NCBI GenBank assembly: GCA_051362555.1
Contig: CM120641.1
Coordinates: forward strand, 27,968,401 to 28,032,400
Source of the DNA: Lingula anatina
Lineage: Eukaryota; Animalia; Brachiopoda
Direction of reading: 5' to 3'
Length of the DNA: 64,000 nucleotides
Shown here: piece after piece, positions 1 through 12,473 of the stretch
Position numbering within the stretch: the first letter of the stretch is position 1
Layout of the letters: every line of letters begins with the position of its first letter
Notes under the pieces: model-generated
Told to the model about the DNA's origin: nothing
The model's database searches: none
What the model saw: the letters and a program-made list of their open reading frames with translations, nothing else
Translations under genes and position numbers: made by a program

Positions 1-287
1 AACTGGAAGTAATATTACTTTGGGTTAGACACAAGAATTCCATTTTAAAACTTTAATGTTCATTTTGTAACGCGCAACATTGATCCAATTAAATCATCCA
101 AAAGAGGAAAAATTTGAAAATCTATAATGTAGATGGAATTGCCTAAAAGTGGGAGTGCATCAACAGTATCATTTAATTCTATAGTCACATAAATATAAAT
201 ATACATAAACAATGCTTGCTTTCTGTGTCTTTCAATGGTCCGATACTACATTTATATAAAAAATTCTATTGTCCCTGCAATATTTAC

Positions 288-449
288 CAGTAATGTTTTC
301 TGCCAAGCATCATTATCAGCCTGTATTTCTTTTTTCAAACGCGTATTGTTGAAATTCTTCAGAACATGGAGGTCACTGATCAACTTTTGGGCCTTGGTAT
401 TGAAATAATTTAACTGCGTGTGGTTACTGACCAGTTCAAATTCTGCTTT
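288..449 (-). CDS. SYNE1: Nesprin constant exon 32 (spectrin-repeat region)
   Basis: ttccag|KAEFELVSNHTQLNYF...WQKTLL|gtaaat; 162 nt, phase 0-0. Confidence 0.85.
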
Positions 450-723
450 CTGGAAGATAGAAAAGATAGGGCATGAAATGCACTTTCGCAAATTTTAAAT
501 TTTATCCCTGTTCGATGTAAACCTTGTTCTTCATTCTTTATTCCAGTGTTGGCTCTGGGTCTCATTACATTTATTTCAAGCTTGATGAGGTATATTTCCC
601 CTGGTAAGGGGAGTGGGGTGTGTATGTGCACGTGTGTGTGCGCAAGCACATGAGAGTGCATGTCAGTGCAAGTGTGTGCACTTTTAATTTGTCATACGCT
701 ATACACCTACATGATTTTTCAAT

Positions 724-757
<34 letters not shown>

Positions 758-777
758 CAAATGTAAATCAAACTTAC

Positions 778-926
778 TTTCAGTTTGTTGAGCATTTCTC
801 TGACTGCTGCCTGGCTGTTGCAATCTGTTGTGGCTTCTGCAACAGCCTTGACCTCACTGAGCAACCTGAGCACCCCCTGGTGGGCATCCAGATACTGCTG
901 CCAAAGGTCTATTAAGGACGAGCAAC
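778..926 (-). CDS. SYNE1: Nesprin constant exon 31
   Basis: cttcag|(G)CSSLIDLWQQYLD...NKLK|gtaagt; 149 nt, phase 1-0. Confidence 0.87.
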
Positions 927-1212
927 CTGAAGGCCAAAAAAGTATTTTCATTTTCTTCACCTTAAAATACTTGGCATACAAATTTGATTTAACAGTGCGC
1001 CCTTATCTAACAAGCTAACTGTCTTTAAATTTAAGCTCTAGTTCTGTAACATAACTTAAGATTAAGTTCAATTAGAGGGAATTATATAAAAGATCTACAT
1101 GTAGTAATCTTTGCAATTTAGAATTAAGATTATAAAGCTAAGACGAGTGATTTTGTTCAAGAGATTGAAGGCTAATTTTGAAGTAACAATTAAAATATAT
1201 ATCATAGCTCAC

Positions 1213-1384
1213 CATCAGCTCTTTCAAGAACCAAAGCCTGGAAATGTTCCCAACGGTTCTCAATGAACTTCAAATTCTGCTGAATTTCTGGCACTCTGCT
1301 GGGAGAAAGGCGCAGGAGCTGCTGTCCTCTGTCATGGAGACTCTCATAATTTGGCACTAGAGCATCTTTTTCCTTTTGAACAGT
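1213..1384 (-). CDS. SYNE1: Nesprin constant exon 30
   Basis: ttctag|TVQKEKDALVPNYESLHDRGQQLL...RWEHFQALVLERAD|gtgagc; 172 nt, phase 0-1; absent from the ORF track. Confidence 0.87.
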
Positions 1385-1573
1385 CTAGAAGAAAAATTCA
1401 AACATTTTATCCAATTTGAAATCATTCAAACAGTTTTCTTTTAAGCACCTGTATCTATAGCTATTGTATTAAATGTTAAATGATTTAGACAACAAAAAAA
1501 CTCTGAACATTGTTCACCTTTAACATTACCCGTACAGTATAAAATGTTACCCTTTTTCTATACATTAACATAC

Positions 1574-2215
1574 CATTATATCTTTTGACAAGCTCTTTAT
1601 CCCTTCCAAAGTTGACTCCTTTACTTCAGCTGCTTCTATTTGTTGACTAATATCATCTATTGTATTCTCGAGTTTCTTTTTCTCAGCTAAGAATTTCTGC
1701 CAGAGAGATTCGATCTCATTCAAATTTTCCTGGCGTAACTGAATTTCCTTAGCAACCACATTACACAATCCCAATATGCTTTGGACCTCGATGGAGAAAT
1801 GAACGGGAGTCTGTTTTGCTTTGTCTAATATTGTGACCCTTGCTTCAGGCATCAATTCGTCTAGTGTGTGTGCATGTTTGGTCCATTCCGCCATTTTGGT
1901 TTGCACATCTTCCAGGTCATGGGACAGCTGCTCAAGGTCATTTGAGGTCAATTCCTCAGACTTCAGTCTGGTCTGAATTGCTTCAAGTTTGATTTGGTTT
2001 TCGTGGTGCATTGTCTGATAACGTGACCATTTTTGAAATATTTCCTCTCTGTTCGCCAACACCCGATGAAGACTGTTGTGCTCTTCACGGACAGTATTTT
2101 GTCTTTCTGCGAGATCTTCTGCCTCCTCAGGAGGGCAATGTTTTCTAAGTTCAGTTATCTCAGCATAAAGTTTAGTGAATGTGGATCGTTTACTCTCAGC
2201 CTCAATTTGTTCAGC
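1574..2215 (-). CDS. SYNE1: Nesprin constant exon 29
   Basis: ttcaag|AEQIEAESKRSTF...LSKDIM|gtatgt; 642 nt; includes ORF 1565-2062. Confidence 0.87.
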
Positions 2216-2457
2216 CTTGAAATAAATTTAATCAAAGATGTACATTTCAAATCTCATTTAAGTATACAATTAATAAGCATGTTAACAATATAGACATAAA
2301 ACAGTTATTTCCTTTTTCAGGTAAAAATCAATAATGAAGCTAAACAAGTCCCACTGCTATTTCCATCATAAAAGTTCTCAAACATACCCACTTTTCTGTG
2401 TAAATTTATGTAAATTTATGTCAAATTTAATTAATTAGGACTGTGTTAAACTGATAC

Positions 2458-2778
2458 CTGTGTTCTGCTGTAGCCTTTATCAACATCGTCACTGTAGATT
2501 TCACTGGTTTCCTCAATACGTCTGTGCATCTTTTTCAGCCATTTCTCAAAAGCCTCCAGTTTATTGTAGAAGTTTTTCCTTTCTTGGAGGGTCTGCGCAA
2601 TGGCTGAGACCCGCTGAGAAATGGTGGATGTGAGACTGAGGGAGTCCTGCTGAACCTGTTTTTGCTTGCTTTCTAGGGCCTCCACAGCGTCAGGGCAAAC
2701 ATGGGGTTGAAGTTGGCGGAATTGTTTGTCAACAGAGGCCAGGACTGGCTGTCGACTCTTTATCTCTTCTTGCAAAGC
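2458..2778 (-). CDS. SYNE1: Nesprin constant exon 28
   Basis: gctcag|ALQEEIKSRQP...FEKWLKKM...SRTQ|gtatca; 321 nt. Confidence 0.88.
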
Positions 2779-3036
2779 CTGAGCAAAATTCAAAATAAGT
2801 TTCATACACAAAAGATGGAGATCATATTTCAATTTTACTTGGCAATAACGGAGACATTATATACTTCAAATGAGTTTAATTGACAAAAAAGTGCATGTAA
2901 ATTGTAAATAATGGTATGTGTTATACCACAAGCTTATGGGGCCAAAGTTATTTCATTTTCAAAATATTTTGATTTATATCATCTAAAACTAAACAAACAA
3001 ACTAACAACTAGCTGACTATACTAGTGAATGAATAC

Positions 3037-3681
3037 CTTATGCTTAGCTAGCTCCATTTCCAGTTTCTGAACATTGATGCTGCTGGTGAGAACCGTTTCA
3101 TCTCCAGCCAAAAGTTTCTCATATTGGTCCAAAACATCTTCATATTCTCCCACCTCTTGGTGATAGGACTCCCACTGTGTGTACATCTGATCAAGCACGT
3201 TGGCGCGTTCCTCCGCCTGCACTTGGATCGTGTTCCAACGACTCTGAATTTCCTGCATCTGGGCAGAGACCTCTGGGTTATCCAGCAGGCGACTAGATTC
3301 TTCCAGTAGATTGTCATAAAGAGCATGGTTTTCGTCCTGTTCTTTCAAAAAGGCTTGGTGATTTTGTAATTGTTCTTTGGCTTCTTCCATGGAGGACGTC
3401 TGCGCAACAGGCGCTGATAACAGTTTATCTGCATTGTGCAACCATGGGAGTAATTGCTGTAAGTTATTTTGATACCTGTGCCAGTGTTTAACATTGTCAG
3501 ACAACACGGTGCTTTGTTCTTTGGCGTGCGCACAAATATTCTCCCACTTCTTGCGTAGATTTGAAAGTTTTGTCTTTAAAGCTGCAGTTTCGCGAGATCT
3601 GAAATTGTTTGACAAGTCTCTTCCTCCGTCTTCCAGTGCTTCAAGTTCTGCGTGATTGTCATATACTTCAGAGCAGATGTC
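3037..3681 (-). CDS. SYNE1: Nesprin constant exon 27
   Basis: ttccag|DICSEVYDNH...LLPWLHNAD...LAKHK|gtattc; 645 nt. Confidence 0.9.
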
Positions 3682-3978
3682 CTGGAAAATAGTTTGAAAT
3701 AACAAATATAATACCATGGAAGTTAATAGACTTAAAAGCCTTAACCAAAGTCATAGTTTTACTTAAGGCCATTAGGGTAATTTATACAAACAAAAGGATT
3801 TATCAGCAATAAATGTAATGTTACGAAATAATCAAGCCAAAATCTGAAATACTTTGTTTGCCACGTATGCCCTGATAGAGAGAAACAGCTGTGGTCATTT
3901 TTTACTAATAAAATACTAATAAATAAATAAATGGTCAAATAAAACCAAAGATAACTTCTAGCTGGACTTTACCCATAC

Positions 3979-4129
3979 CTTAATTCTATTGAACTGTTCC
4001 TCTGGTGAACTCTTTTCTTCTGCTATCTGACTCAGTTTGTCTTCACTAGCATTAAGCCAGTTGCTGAAACCATTCAGTTTTTCATAGTACGTCTGCCACT
4101 GTTTCTCTGCAGCCTTTAATTCTTCAACT
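3979..4129 (-). CDS. SYNE1: Nesprin constant exon 26
   Basis: tttcag|(R)VEELKAAEKQWQTY...FNRIK|gtatgg; 151 nt, phase 2-0. Confidence 0.88.
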
Positions 4130-4256
4130 CTGAAATAACATAAAGATGCCACATTAAAATAAAATAAATGTTTCTATCAAATGGATAACCATTTAAATAA
4201 CTCAATCTGCGATATGACTTATCCCAATGGAAACAACATAAGATTTTAAAGCTTAA

Positions 4257-4632
4257 AGGTACATACGAACCGAGCATCGGTGGAGCGTGGATTCCCAGCA
4301 ACACATGTAAACCACTTCTACTAGATTCTTATATGACTCGAATAAATTCGACATGCCAAGGGTTAACCTGAATATATCACTCGATCAGCCATAAAAGACC
4401 TTTAGACTGCTCCTTTCTTTAAATTTTTGGTTGTAAATTTAACCTACTTCCGTGACCTACTTTCCTGCCCCATTGACATACAGCATAGAATGCCAGCAGA
4501 AAAATCTGTTCAAACATCATTTTCGGGTAAAATTAACAATGCCTTTTGGTAATTCTCTCAGTTATACTACTTGAAACTATATGCTGGCATTTGGTTGGTT
4601 TTTGTGACAAAAAAATGACTTTGTATGCATCT
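4257..4632. mobile_element. Non-autonomous TTAA-flanked DNA element (Kolobok-like MITE)
   Basis: TTAA|AGGTACATACGA...TTGTATGCATCT|TTAA; termini match 9/12 as an inverted repeat; interior CpG-richer than the intron. Confidence 0.5.
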
Positions 4633-4858
4633 TTAAGCATTATTTGTATATATATTTTTAAAAATTTCTAGATTTTAAACAAGAGTCAAGTCCCCACAGT
4701 GGAAACACATCTGTAAATACACCACAAAAGTTCCAAAGACAGTGGGATAGGAACAACAAATTTCTAAAATTTCATCTTAAATTATCAATTTGGTTGAGGT
4801 TTAAAGTTTCAAAATCCACAGAATTCTATAACATTAATGTTTTTCAAAGAAATATTAC

Positions 4859-5025
4859 CTGGAGCTAAGAGCATCTTTAGCCGTCTGCACTCTGCCTTCA
4901 ATCTCCACCACTTCCATCTCCAAGCTGTGTCTGCGGCTATCGCTGGCATTACTCCTCAGAGAACTGTTCAAGTCCAATGTATCTGACAAATCTGGGTGCA
5001 TGTCCTCCAATGTTTTCAGTAATGC
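4859..5025 (-). CDS. SYNE1: Nesprin constant exon 25
   Basis: ttgtag|ALLKTLEDMHPDL...KDALSS(R)|gtaata; 167 nt, phase 0-2. Confidence 0.85.
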
Positions 5026-5326
5026 CTACAAAATGTTGCATACTTGTTATTTTTTTAACCAGTAGAGATACCACATCTTATTAAAAAATAATTAAATGAC
5101 TGATTATCCAAGAAATTCTATCCATATTCACCACTGTTTGAGTACCATTACAAGTCTATATTCCATCTTAGGTATTGTGTTCAATGTTCAGATACAAAAC
5201 AGTGAAAGATAGCTTTACCCTGTATAATAATAATAAATATTCTATTTCTTGAATTCTATAATTCTTATCTTGAATACTTTGAGTCTTTACCCCTATTGCT
5301 CTGAATGATAAAGTATGCTTGGATAC

Positions 5327-5467
5327 CTGTTTCTTTGCCAGTTCTTTTTGCACATTCTCCAGTCCTGGTGGGGCTGTAGGTTTGTCAAGCAAGGTCTCGG
5401 CTTCTTGTAGCACACTCTGAAGTTTCCCCTTGCTGTCCTCATAAGCCTCCCACTGTTCAAGGCTTTC
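5327..5467 (-). CDS. SYNE1: Nesprin constant exon 24
   Basis: cttcag|ESLEQWEAYE...LAKKQ|gtatcc; 141 nt. Confidence 0.87.
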
Positions 5468-5934
5468 CTGAAGTGGAAAGAATAACAGAGCTTGAGAAAT
5501 CTGTTCCTGGTTGTGTTAGGTGGGACAGAATCTCATCCAAGCACAATCCGCATTCCAAACGGCATCAACCCAAGTTAAAAAGCAAACCCTTTTCCATTTT
5601 GAAAAGGAATCTAACTCTACCGCATGACCATTTAACGATAAATACATAAAAGCATCAATTAGGGACCATATTAGTTAGGCAAACATTTTTCCCATCCATG
5701 GAAACTTAGCTGCAGTGGTGATGACATACTTAAACAGATCAAAACTGATTTTAAAGACTAAAATTGTGACAGGTTTTTTTTAGAGCTTAAAAGTTATGTC
5801 ATCAATGACATATGTCAGAGTGATCAACGTTAAAAGTAGTGAGCAAAAATTCTCATAAAAACTTGCAAACTTTTTTAGACATGAGCATCATTTGGAAAAA
5901 CTATGGTTTTTTTTATCAATTACTAAAGTATTAC

Positions 5935-6111
5935 CTTGAGTTTTTGCTGTCTCATCTGTGCAGTAGCAGTGGCCTCTCCCCAACTGCTCTCCAGGTCAGT
6001 AATAGTGGCATTCAGGAAGTCAGGGGTGTGGGCTTGCTGTTCTAGGTGCTTCCCCATGGCAACTTCACTTTCAACTTTCTTCTTCTCTTCTTCGAGTTTC
6101 TGTTGTAGTGC
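5935..6111 (-). CDS. SYNE1: Nesprin constant exon 23
   Basis: ccccag|ALQQKLEEEK...QQKLK|gtaata; 177 nt. Confidence 0.87.
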
Positions 6112-6373
6112 CTGGGGAGGGGGGAATATTGTAACATGAGCAGTATGATGCACTGATAATGGAACATTGTATATATTAAAAATGAAAATAAAAATTATAT
6201 ACATTTGAGTTAAAGATCTCAACTCTTTAGTCTCATAAAACAATTCAAATAAAAGTGCAATTAAGCAAATAAAGCTGCAACCAAGCTCATCTGCTGAACA
6301 AATAGTTAAGAGGTTAACTTAACTATAAATAATAATACTAGAATTATAGTTGTAAACAGTGCATGGGAAATAC

Positions 6374-6694
6374 CTGTTGTTCTTGTAAAAGCTGCTTGAC
6401 TTCTTCTATACTGTCAGCTGTTTCCGCCTTTTTCAGTGCCTCCTGTGTCTTTTTCAGCCATTCTGTCTGTTTCTGTACATTGTCTCTGTACTGGTAACAT
6501 TGAACAGCCACAGGGGCCTTCACAGTTATGGTCTCTATACTGGGAATTAAGGCATTGTATTTTTTCAAGGCCGTTTCCAGTTGGCCTTGTTGCTTGAGAC
6601 TTTCTTCATCTGATGTTTCAGCCAGAAGCTCTTCAAGAGTCTCCTTCAGCCACTTGGCCTCTTCCTGGGTGGCATCAATTTTTTGCACATTTTT
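6374..6694 (-). CDS. SYNE1: Nesprin constant exon 22
   Basis: tttcag|KNVQKIDATQEEAKWL...LQEQQ|gtattt; 321 nt. Confidence 0.88.
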
Positions 6695-7167
6695 CTGAAA
6701 TAGAGGTTAAAAAATATCATAACCATCTTTTTAACTTTTCTTATAAAATATCTAAAACCTTATCAATACTATGTCAATCTGGTTGTGTGTGTTTTTTTTT
6801 TTTCCTTTACAAAAGTACATGTTGAAATATTCTTAGTTCAGTAATTTGGGTAAAAATATTAAGTTACAAAAAATTATATGATAAGCTGGTAAACATGACG
6901 GCTATGATAAAGTTTGATAAGCCTTGAATGGTTTAAAAGTTAACAAAGAATGAAAATTTAAAGTAGAAAAAAATAGAGAAATACTTGACAAAGCAAAATA
7001 ACAACAGGAAGCCTTTAAAATCGACTGAATAAGTTCCTATGAAGATGAAAAGTAGAAAAGTCTTAGAGACTGAAAAACAACACATAACTGTCACAGCACA
7101 CAACTGAATGATAGATTTCAAAGTTTGTGTCAATATCTCTAAACCACAATTATGGGCTACAAACTAA

Positions 7168-7390
7168 GAGACCATTCCCACAGATATTTAGATCGATCTA
7201 TCCCCCTGAGGAGTCTCACTAGATTGCTGTCAGCTTGACCAGCTTAAATGTCTGTCCCGCCCACTAAAAGCTGTAAGGGGTAATTAAATTTTGTGCGCTA
7301 GGCTCCCGGAAGCTGAGAGCAATTTAGCGTGAACCCCCAGGGAGTTAGGTCGATCCAGATGGATCTATCTAAATCTGTGGGAACCCACTC
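7168..7390. mobile_element. PIF/Harbinger-like MITE, copy 1
   Basis: Flanked by TAA...TAA; imperfect TIRs GAGACCATTCCCACAGAT / ATCTGTGGGAACCCACTC; about 33 bp near-identical to the copy at 29609-29813 (opposite orientation). Confidence 0.65.
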
Positions 7391-7783
7391 TAAGGGTTAT
7401 CTAAGAGGTAAGTATGACATCTTTATGACTTTAATTACCTCAGCCTAGCATGCAAAATACAAAAATTGTGACATCAGTGCACTAATAAAATATTCTGAAG
7501 GAAGGAAATACAGCAAAAATGACATCAAAACATTTATTCTGTTTTTCTAAATATTTCATTGTATTGAAGTGTGCTTTCATCAAATGTCACCATCATGAGG
7601 TGTATAGTTTACTAGCCTTCATTTTCAAATGGATTTTATTACTTTCGGAAATGATTGATGTATCAGTTCAGTCTACAATAAACCCTAAATCATCTATTTG
7701 GGTCTATAATTTTAAAATACAATTCTAAAATAAATAAATAAATTAATTAATAAATTAATAAATAAATAAATAAATCAACTTAC

Positions 7784-7892
7784 ATGGAATTTAGCAAGTG
7801 ATTCTTTGTATTCCTCAGCAGAAGCAGGTTCTGTCTCCAGTTCTTGGACAGTTGATGACATCTCTTCAATCCAATTACTGAAGGTCTTAAAC
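7784..7892 (-). CDS. SYNE1: Nesprin constant exon 21
   Basis: ttttag|(K)FKTFSNWIEEM...LAKFH|gtaagt; 109 nt, phase 2-0. Confidence 0.86.
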
Positions 7893-8205
7893 CTAAAATG
7901 GAAAAAGGTAACACTTACATCTAATTCAACAATTATTGTGTATTACCAAATACTGACAAACAGTAGGGCAGTAGTTCCAAATAACTAAATGTTTGCTATG
8001 GAATTTATAACTATCAAAACAAATTATATGACTTGAAAATCCATCACATATTAATCTATTTTTATTTTCAACAGATATAAAATAAATATGAATTAAATCA
8101 TTACACCAAAAAAAGCATACATGGAAAAATACAAATATAAATGACTTAAGTTTCATAAAATATCAAAAATAAATAAATAAAACAAAAATAACCAAGTGCA
8201 CTTAC

Positions 8206-8426
8206 TTTTCACAGTACAGTTTCCACTTCTGTGGCATTTGCTTGAGATATTCATGGAACTGATCCAAGGCTTCGCACAGTTCCTCCCATCTTGTCACATG
8301 TTGCTGGTAACGCTCCTGGAGGCTGGTGTCGTCTGCCTGGTGTGACTGTAAACTCTGGGAGATGTTCAGCATATGCTGCAGACACTTCTGACACGTGGGG
8401 AAGAATCCACTTTGATTGAAGATTTC
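8206..8426 (-). CDS. SYNE1: Nesprin constant exon 20
   Basis: ttgcag|EIFNQSGFF...WKLYCE(K)|gtaagt; 221 nt, phase 0-2. Confidence 0.87.
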
Positions 8427-8727
8427 CTGCAACAGAGAAATACTGCATTACTTTGGGTAGAGAAGTCTTACGTAAACTAAATGAGTGGAAATAAGCCGTT
8501 TTCTGTGTCTTCCAGAAGACAGTTTTTAAGTTAACACTGACAGGGATTTAATTTTTTCTCTTCGAAGACGTTCAAAAATGGAGGATGGATCAAAAAAGAT
8601 AATTTGGAAGACTGTCAGAAAATATCTCAGGATCTGCCCCTGTACAGAGTATTAATGTGGAGTTGAAGTTATAAGATTTAAGACAATTTTTACAGTTGGT
8701 AGAGAGAGAGAGAGAGAGATTACTCAC

Positions 8728-8889
8728 ATTAAATCTCTTCAGCAGAGATGTAAAACTCTCTTTCCTTGACAGCTGCTGTTGTAGAATTTCCAAGTTTGTT
8801 TCAGCTGCATTCACATTTTCCAAGAATTTCAATTCCGGCACCGTAAACTCCATCTTACATAATTTCCTTGGAGACCTGTACAGGAGATT
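8728..8889 (-). CDS. SYNE1: Nesprin constant exon 19
   Basis: ttccag|NLLYRSPRKLCKMEF...LKRFN|gtgagt; 162 nt. Confidence 0.85.
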
Positions 8890-9823
8890 CTGGAATAAAC
8901 AAAACAGTTAATTGTAGCATTTCTGTTTACACTTGAACTGTCACTTATATTGTCATCAAGTAAATGTATAAAATAAAGACTAGTCAAAAAAGTAAAACTT
9001 AACAAGTTAAAACTGAAAAAACAAGAAGGTGCAAAACATATGTTAAATTCATTAACATCTACACTTTGAGAAAAAAAAAAGTTCAATATAAATCACCACA
9101 TTTCTTCTTCAAATAGCCATAGTGAGTAAACACCTTAACATGTGCTCATATGTCCTGGCATAATTTGTATCTCTCTACACAACATTTCTGTAATATATTC
9201 CTTTCTCTGTGTAGTACAGTCATCAGCAGTTTATCAGCGCGGTCATCAAAGTTATCAGCGTCTAGACATCAGCCATTACTGTCCTCAGTGACAGATACAT
9301 TTATCAAATATGCTTCTTGTTTCTATATATTTTCCTTAAATTGGTCACTTCATGTTGAACAATATATTTTTATTTTATTTACAAAGATTTTTGAAAGTCA
9401 CTTCTCTTCTGTTATGATGCAGAAATGAAATATAAGCCTGTTTAAATCATAACTGGTATACAGCACTCTTAATACAGGTCAACTACTTTCCCATCATACT
9501 GATAAGAACTAATTGCAGTTTTTTCCTGTCCACTTATTCAGCTACGCATGCAAAAGAAGTCAAACAATCCCTTCATCAGGAACAAATAGGGAATAAAAAC
9601 AAGAGGAAAACCTTTCCCTTTGCTTAATGTGTCATTTATGACCATTGTTGGATTTTGAATTTAGCTTGTTAATGAGAAATATGAAGGGGGTCCTTCAGTT
9701 AAATCTGTTACCAAAGTTTTTTCACATAAAAGAAATCCACCATAATAAGAACCATTCCATCTCTGATATATTTATCAAGACTTTCCTTTAAAAAACTAAG
9801 AGTGCTTAAAATGGTCTCAATAC

Positions 9824-9958
9824 CTTCCACTTGGCCTGCAGTCCAGCCATAACTTTCTGTATTTCCAGACGACCTGTGTCAGACATTGGCTGGCAGAGGT
9901 CTTGACCAGCTCTTAAAAATCCCTGGAGAATCTGGGAATCCACATGGTCAAAGAATTC
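9824..9958 (-). CDS. SYNE1: Nesprin constant exon 18
   Basis: tctcag|EFFDHVDSQIL...LQAKWK|gtattg; 135 nt. Confidence 0.86.
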
Positions 9959-10222
9959 CTGAGAAAATCATGATGAGAAAATCATGGTTCAGATGATGAT
10001 ACTTTACTAATATATTTTTTACATTCTATTGTGAAAATTTTTACTTCTGAAATTATACAATATCAAATAAGAAAATATAACACTGTCATATTTTTATTGC
10101 TTACACATCTTAAAACAAGCTGACACAAAAATAGAAATTCATCAAGAGCCACCCCCCCACCCCCCCACCCCCCAAAAAAAAAAATCCTTTTGATATCAGA
10201 TACACATCCAGAAAACCCATAC

Positions 10223-10399
10223 CTTATGTTTTTCAATCATATTCTCAGCTTCAGAATCATCATCAAGTTCCTCCTCCAATATGTCTTTGGCCTTCTGTAT
10301 CCATTCTTCTAAAGGTTTCTTCTTCTGATGGAAAAGCTGCCATTTTCTGAGTGTGGACTGGAGTTGGCCTTCCCAGTCCTTGGCCTGGCTAACACAAAC
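10223..10399 (-). CDS. SYNE1: Nesprin constant exon 17
   Basis: gttcag|VCVSQAKDWE...IEKHK|gtatgg; 177 nt. Confidence 0.87.
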
Positions 10400-10710
10400 C
10401 TGAACACAAAACAAAAGTTTGCAAAATGTAAGAAGATTACATGTTAGTAGATTAACTATAGTAGTTAGAGAGCCTGTAAATGTAAACTATTTCTTTGTAC
10501 TCCATAAATAATTATTATTATTATTATTATTATTATATTACTGTCTATCAACCTGCATGCTTAGCTGCATCACAGGCAAAAATTTTTTACTACAACCTAA
10601 ATCGGTATCAGACAATGAAACAAGTTTTATTTTAGAAACTTTTGAGGACCAAACAAGCTGCATCTTATTAAAAATATTAATAATATCTAATTGTGTGTAG
10701 ACTAAAATAC

Positions 10711-10854
10711 CTGGAATCTTTGGTTAAGTGAGGTCACAGTTGCTTCAAGGATACTGAAGTTCACAGATGGCACATCCATCTTTAAAATCTTCTGAAAGAC
10801 TTTGTTTTTACTCTCCAAAATGGACTTGTAGTAGGTAATCTCCGCAAAGAAGGT
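10711..10854 (-). CDS. SYNE1: Nesprin constant exon 16
   Basis: tttcag|TFFAEITYYKSILESKNKVF...NQRFQ|gtattt; 144 nt. Confidence 0.87.
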
Positions 10855-11404
10855 CTGAAATAAAGTTCAATAGTTTTCTCTAGTTTCAGTGCATGAAAAC
10901 ATATAATTCATTTGAAATCATTTGAAAAGGCATAATCACTTATCTATAGCAGAATCACTTTCTCTGCAATGCTAATTGTTATTCTACATTTACCTCTTCT
11001 GAACACCCCCTACCCCAAAGCCTTCAGGTAAGCCCACACATCTTTTGTTTGAATCAATCAAAACTTCAACTGTAAGACATGAGCACCATGTCTAAAACCA
11101 AGTGACAGTGCCAAAATATCAAATGAATAAGGTCTAGCTTTTGAGAGATATATTCCATCTGTTCAACAAAGTGTCACACTTCTCACAGCCATGACTGGGC
11201 TTTAAAAAGCAAAGTGACATGTTCCAAATATGAAGAAAGTGTTTTGCATTTTTTGCATTGTAAAGCAGCCATTAACAATGATGTGTATATAGGCATAAAT
11301 AACCTAGCTCCTACACCAAATTACATAACATTACAGCTGTTCCTGGCAGCAATCAGCTACAAAACTGATGTTAAAATTCAATTGTGCCTTAAAATAAAAT
11401 TCAC

Positions 11405-11470
11405 TGTATTGTATTGTATTGTATTGTATTGTATTGTATTGTATTGTATTGTATTGTATTGTATTGTATT
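11405..11470. repeat. (TGTAT)n pentanucleotide microsatellite
   Basis: About 13 units; produces the spurious VLYCI repeat in ORF 11214-11798. Confidence 0.95.
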
Positions 11471-11557
11471 ACTGTATCGTATCGTATTGTGCTGTGCAGT
11501 ACTGTACTATACTATATTGCATGACATAGAAACATATAGTTTTCTACAAGGCCTTAC

Positions 11558-11747
11558 TTTGTGTTGCTCTGCCCTCTCCTCCAGTGCCTGGCAAGTGTTA
11601 GGAATGTGGTGCTGGGCCAGAAGCTGTTCTCCATTGTTCAGCCACTGGCTCAGGTCAGAGATTCCAGTCTCCAGAGATTCTACATTGGGCAACAGCTGCT
11701 TCAGGACCCGTAACCTCTCTGGCATCTCCTTGCGGATGATAACAAAT
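11558..11747 (-). CDS. SYNE1: Nesprin constant exon 15
   Basis: tttcag|(R)FVIIRKEMPERL...AEQHK|gtaagg; 190 nt, phase 2-0. Confidence 0.88.
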
Positions 11748-12091
11748 CTGAAAAAAATATTAAGTGTAAAAATGGTTTTACCAGATAGTAATGCTTAATT
11801 GATAACCAGTTTTTTTTATTATAAAAACAATCCAAATGCAATTCTGAATATAAAATATATCAATTCAAACTTGATTTAACTTAGCATGCTAACCTGACAA
11901 TGAATTTTTAATTGTAACAGTTTAAAAGCACTTAAAAACTGAGAGACTCAAAGTCTGAAGTTCAAGAAACAACAATTGGAGCAAAACCTTACCAAGCCCT
12001 TCTGTCAAGGAACACTAGGGTTACCATTATAACATAATATAGAAAACTTCAATGTCCTAATATTTATCAATAATCTGTAAAGATATTTCAC

Positions 12092-12225
12092 CTGTCCTTG
12101 AAGTCTTTCATTGTTCCCAGCATAAAGTTAATTTCTTCTTGGGTGCTGTCCTTCACCAGAGCCTGTGCCATCTTGGACAGTGTCTTGAACTCAACCTCCA
12201 TTTGCTCCATGTTGGATACCATGGT
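12092..12225 (-). CDS. SYNE1: Nesprin constant exon 14
   Basis: tttcag|TMVSNMEQMEVEFKTLSKMAQ...FKD(R)|gtgaaa; 134 nt, phase 0-2. Confidence 0.86.
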
Positions 12226-12473
12226 CTGAAAAAAAAAGCACAAATGCATTAGAGTGTAATATCAATTTACACATATGAATAGTAAAAAGGTACATATGGT
12301 CAACATAAACTGAAATGCTGTTAAAGCCGACACAAACAATTCGGGCATCCAAGAAATGATACAAACATTCATTGTTACTTATTGCATTTTGAACTATGAG
12401 AAACATTAATTTTAGAGGACAAATAGTAGGATATGCTTTTTTCATTAACAATGGTAAAAAAATTAATACTTAC

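Noticed and set aside
523-600. Possible extra nesprin exon (cag...AAG|gtttac) within ORF 410-661
   Set aside because: In the required phase 0 it reads GKYTSSSLK-stop; exons 778-926 and 288-449 join cleanly without it.
11214-11798. 194-aa plus-strand ORF with VLYCI repeats
   Set aside because: Artefact of the (TGTAT)n microsatellite plus the antisense of nesprin exon 15.
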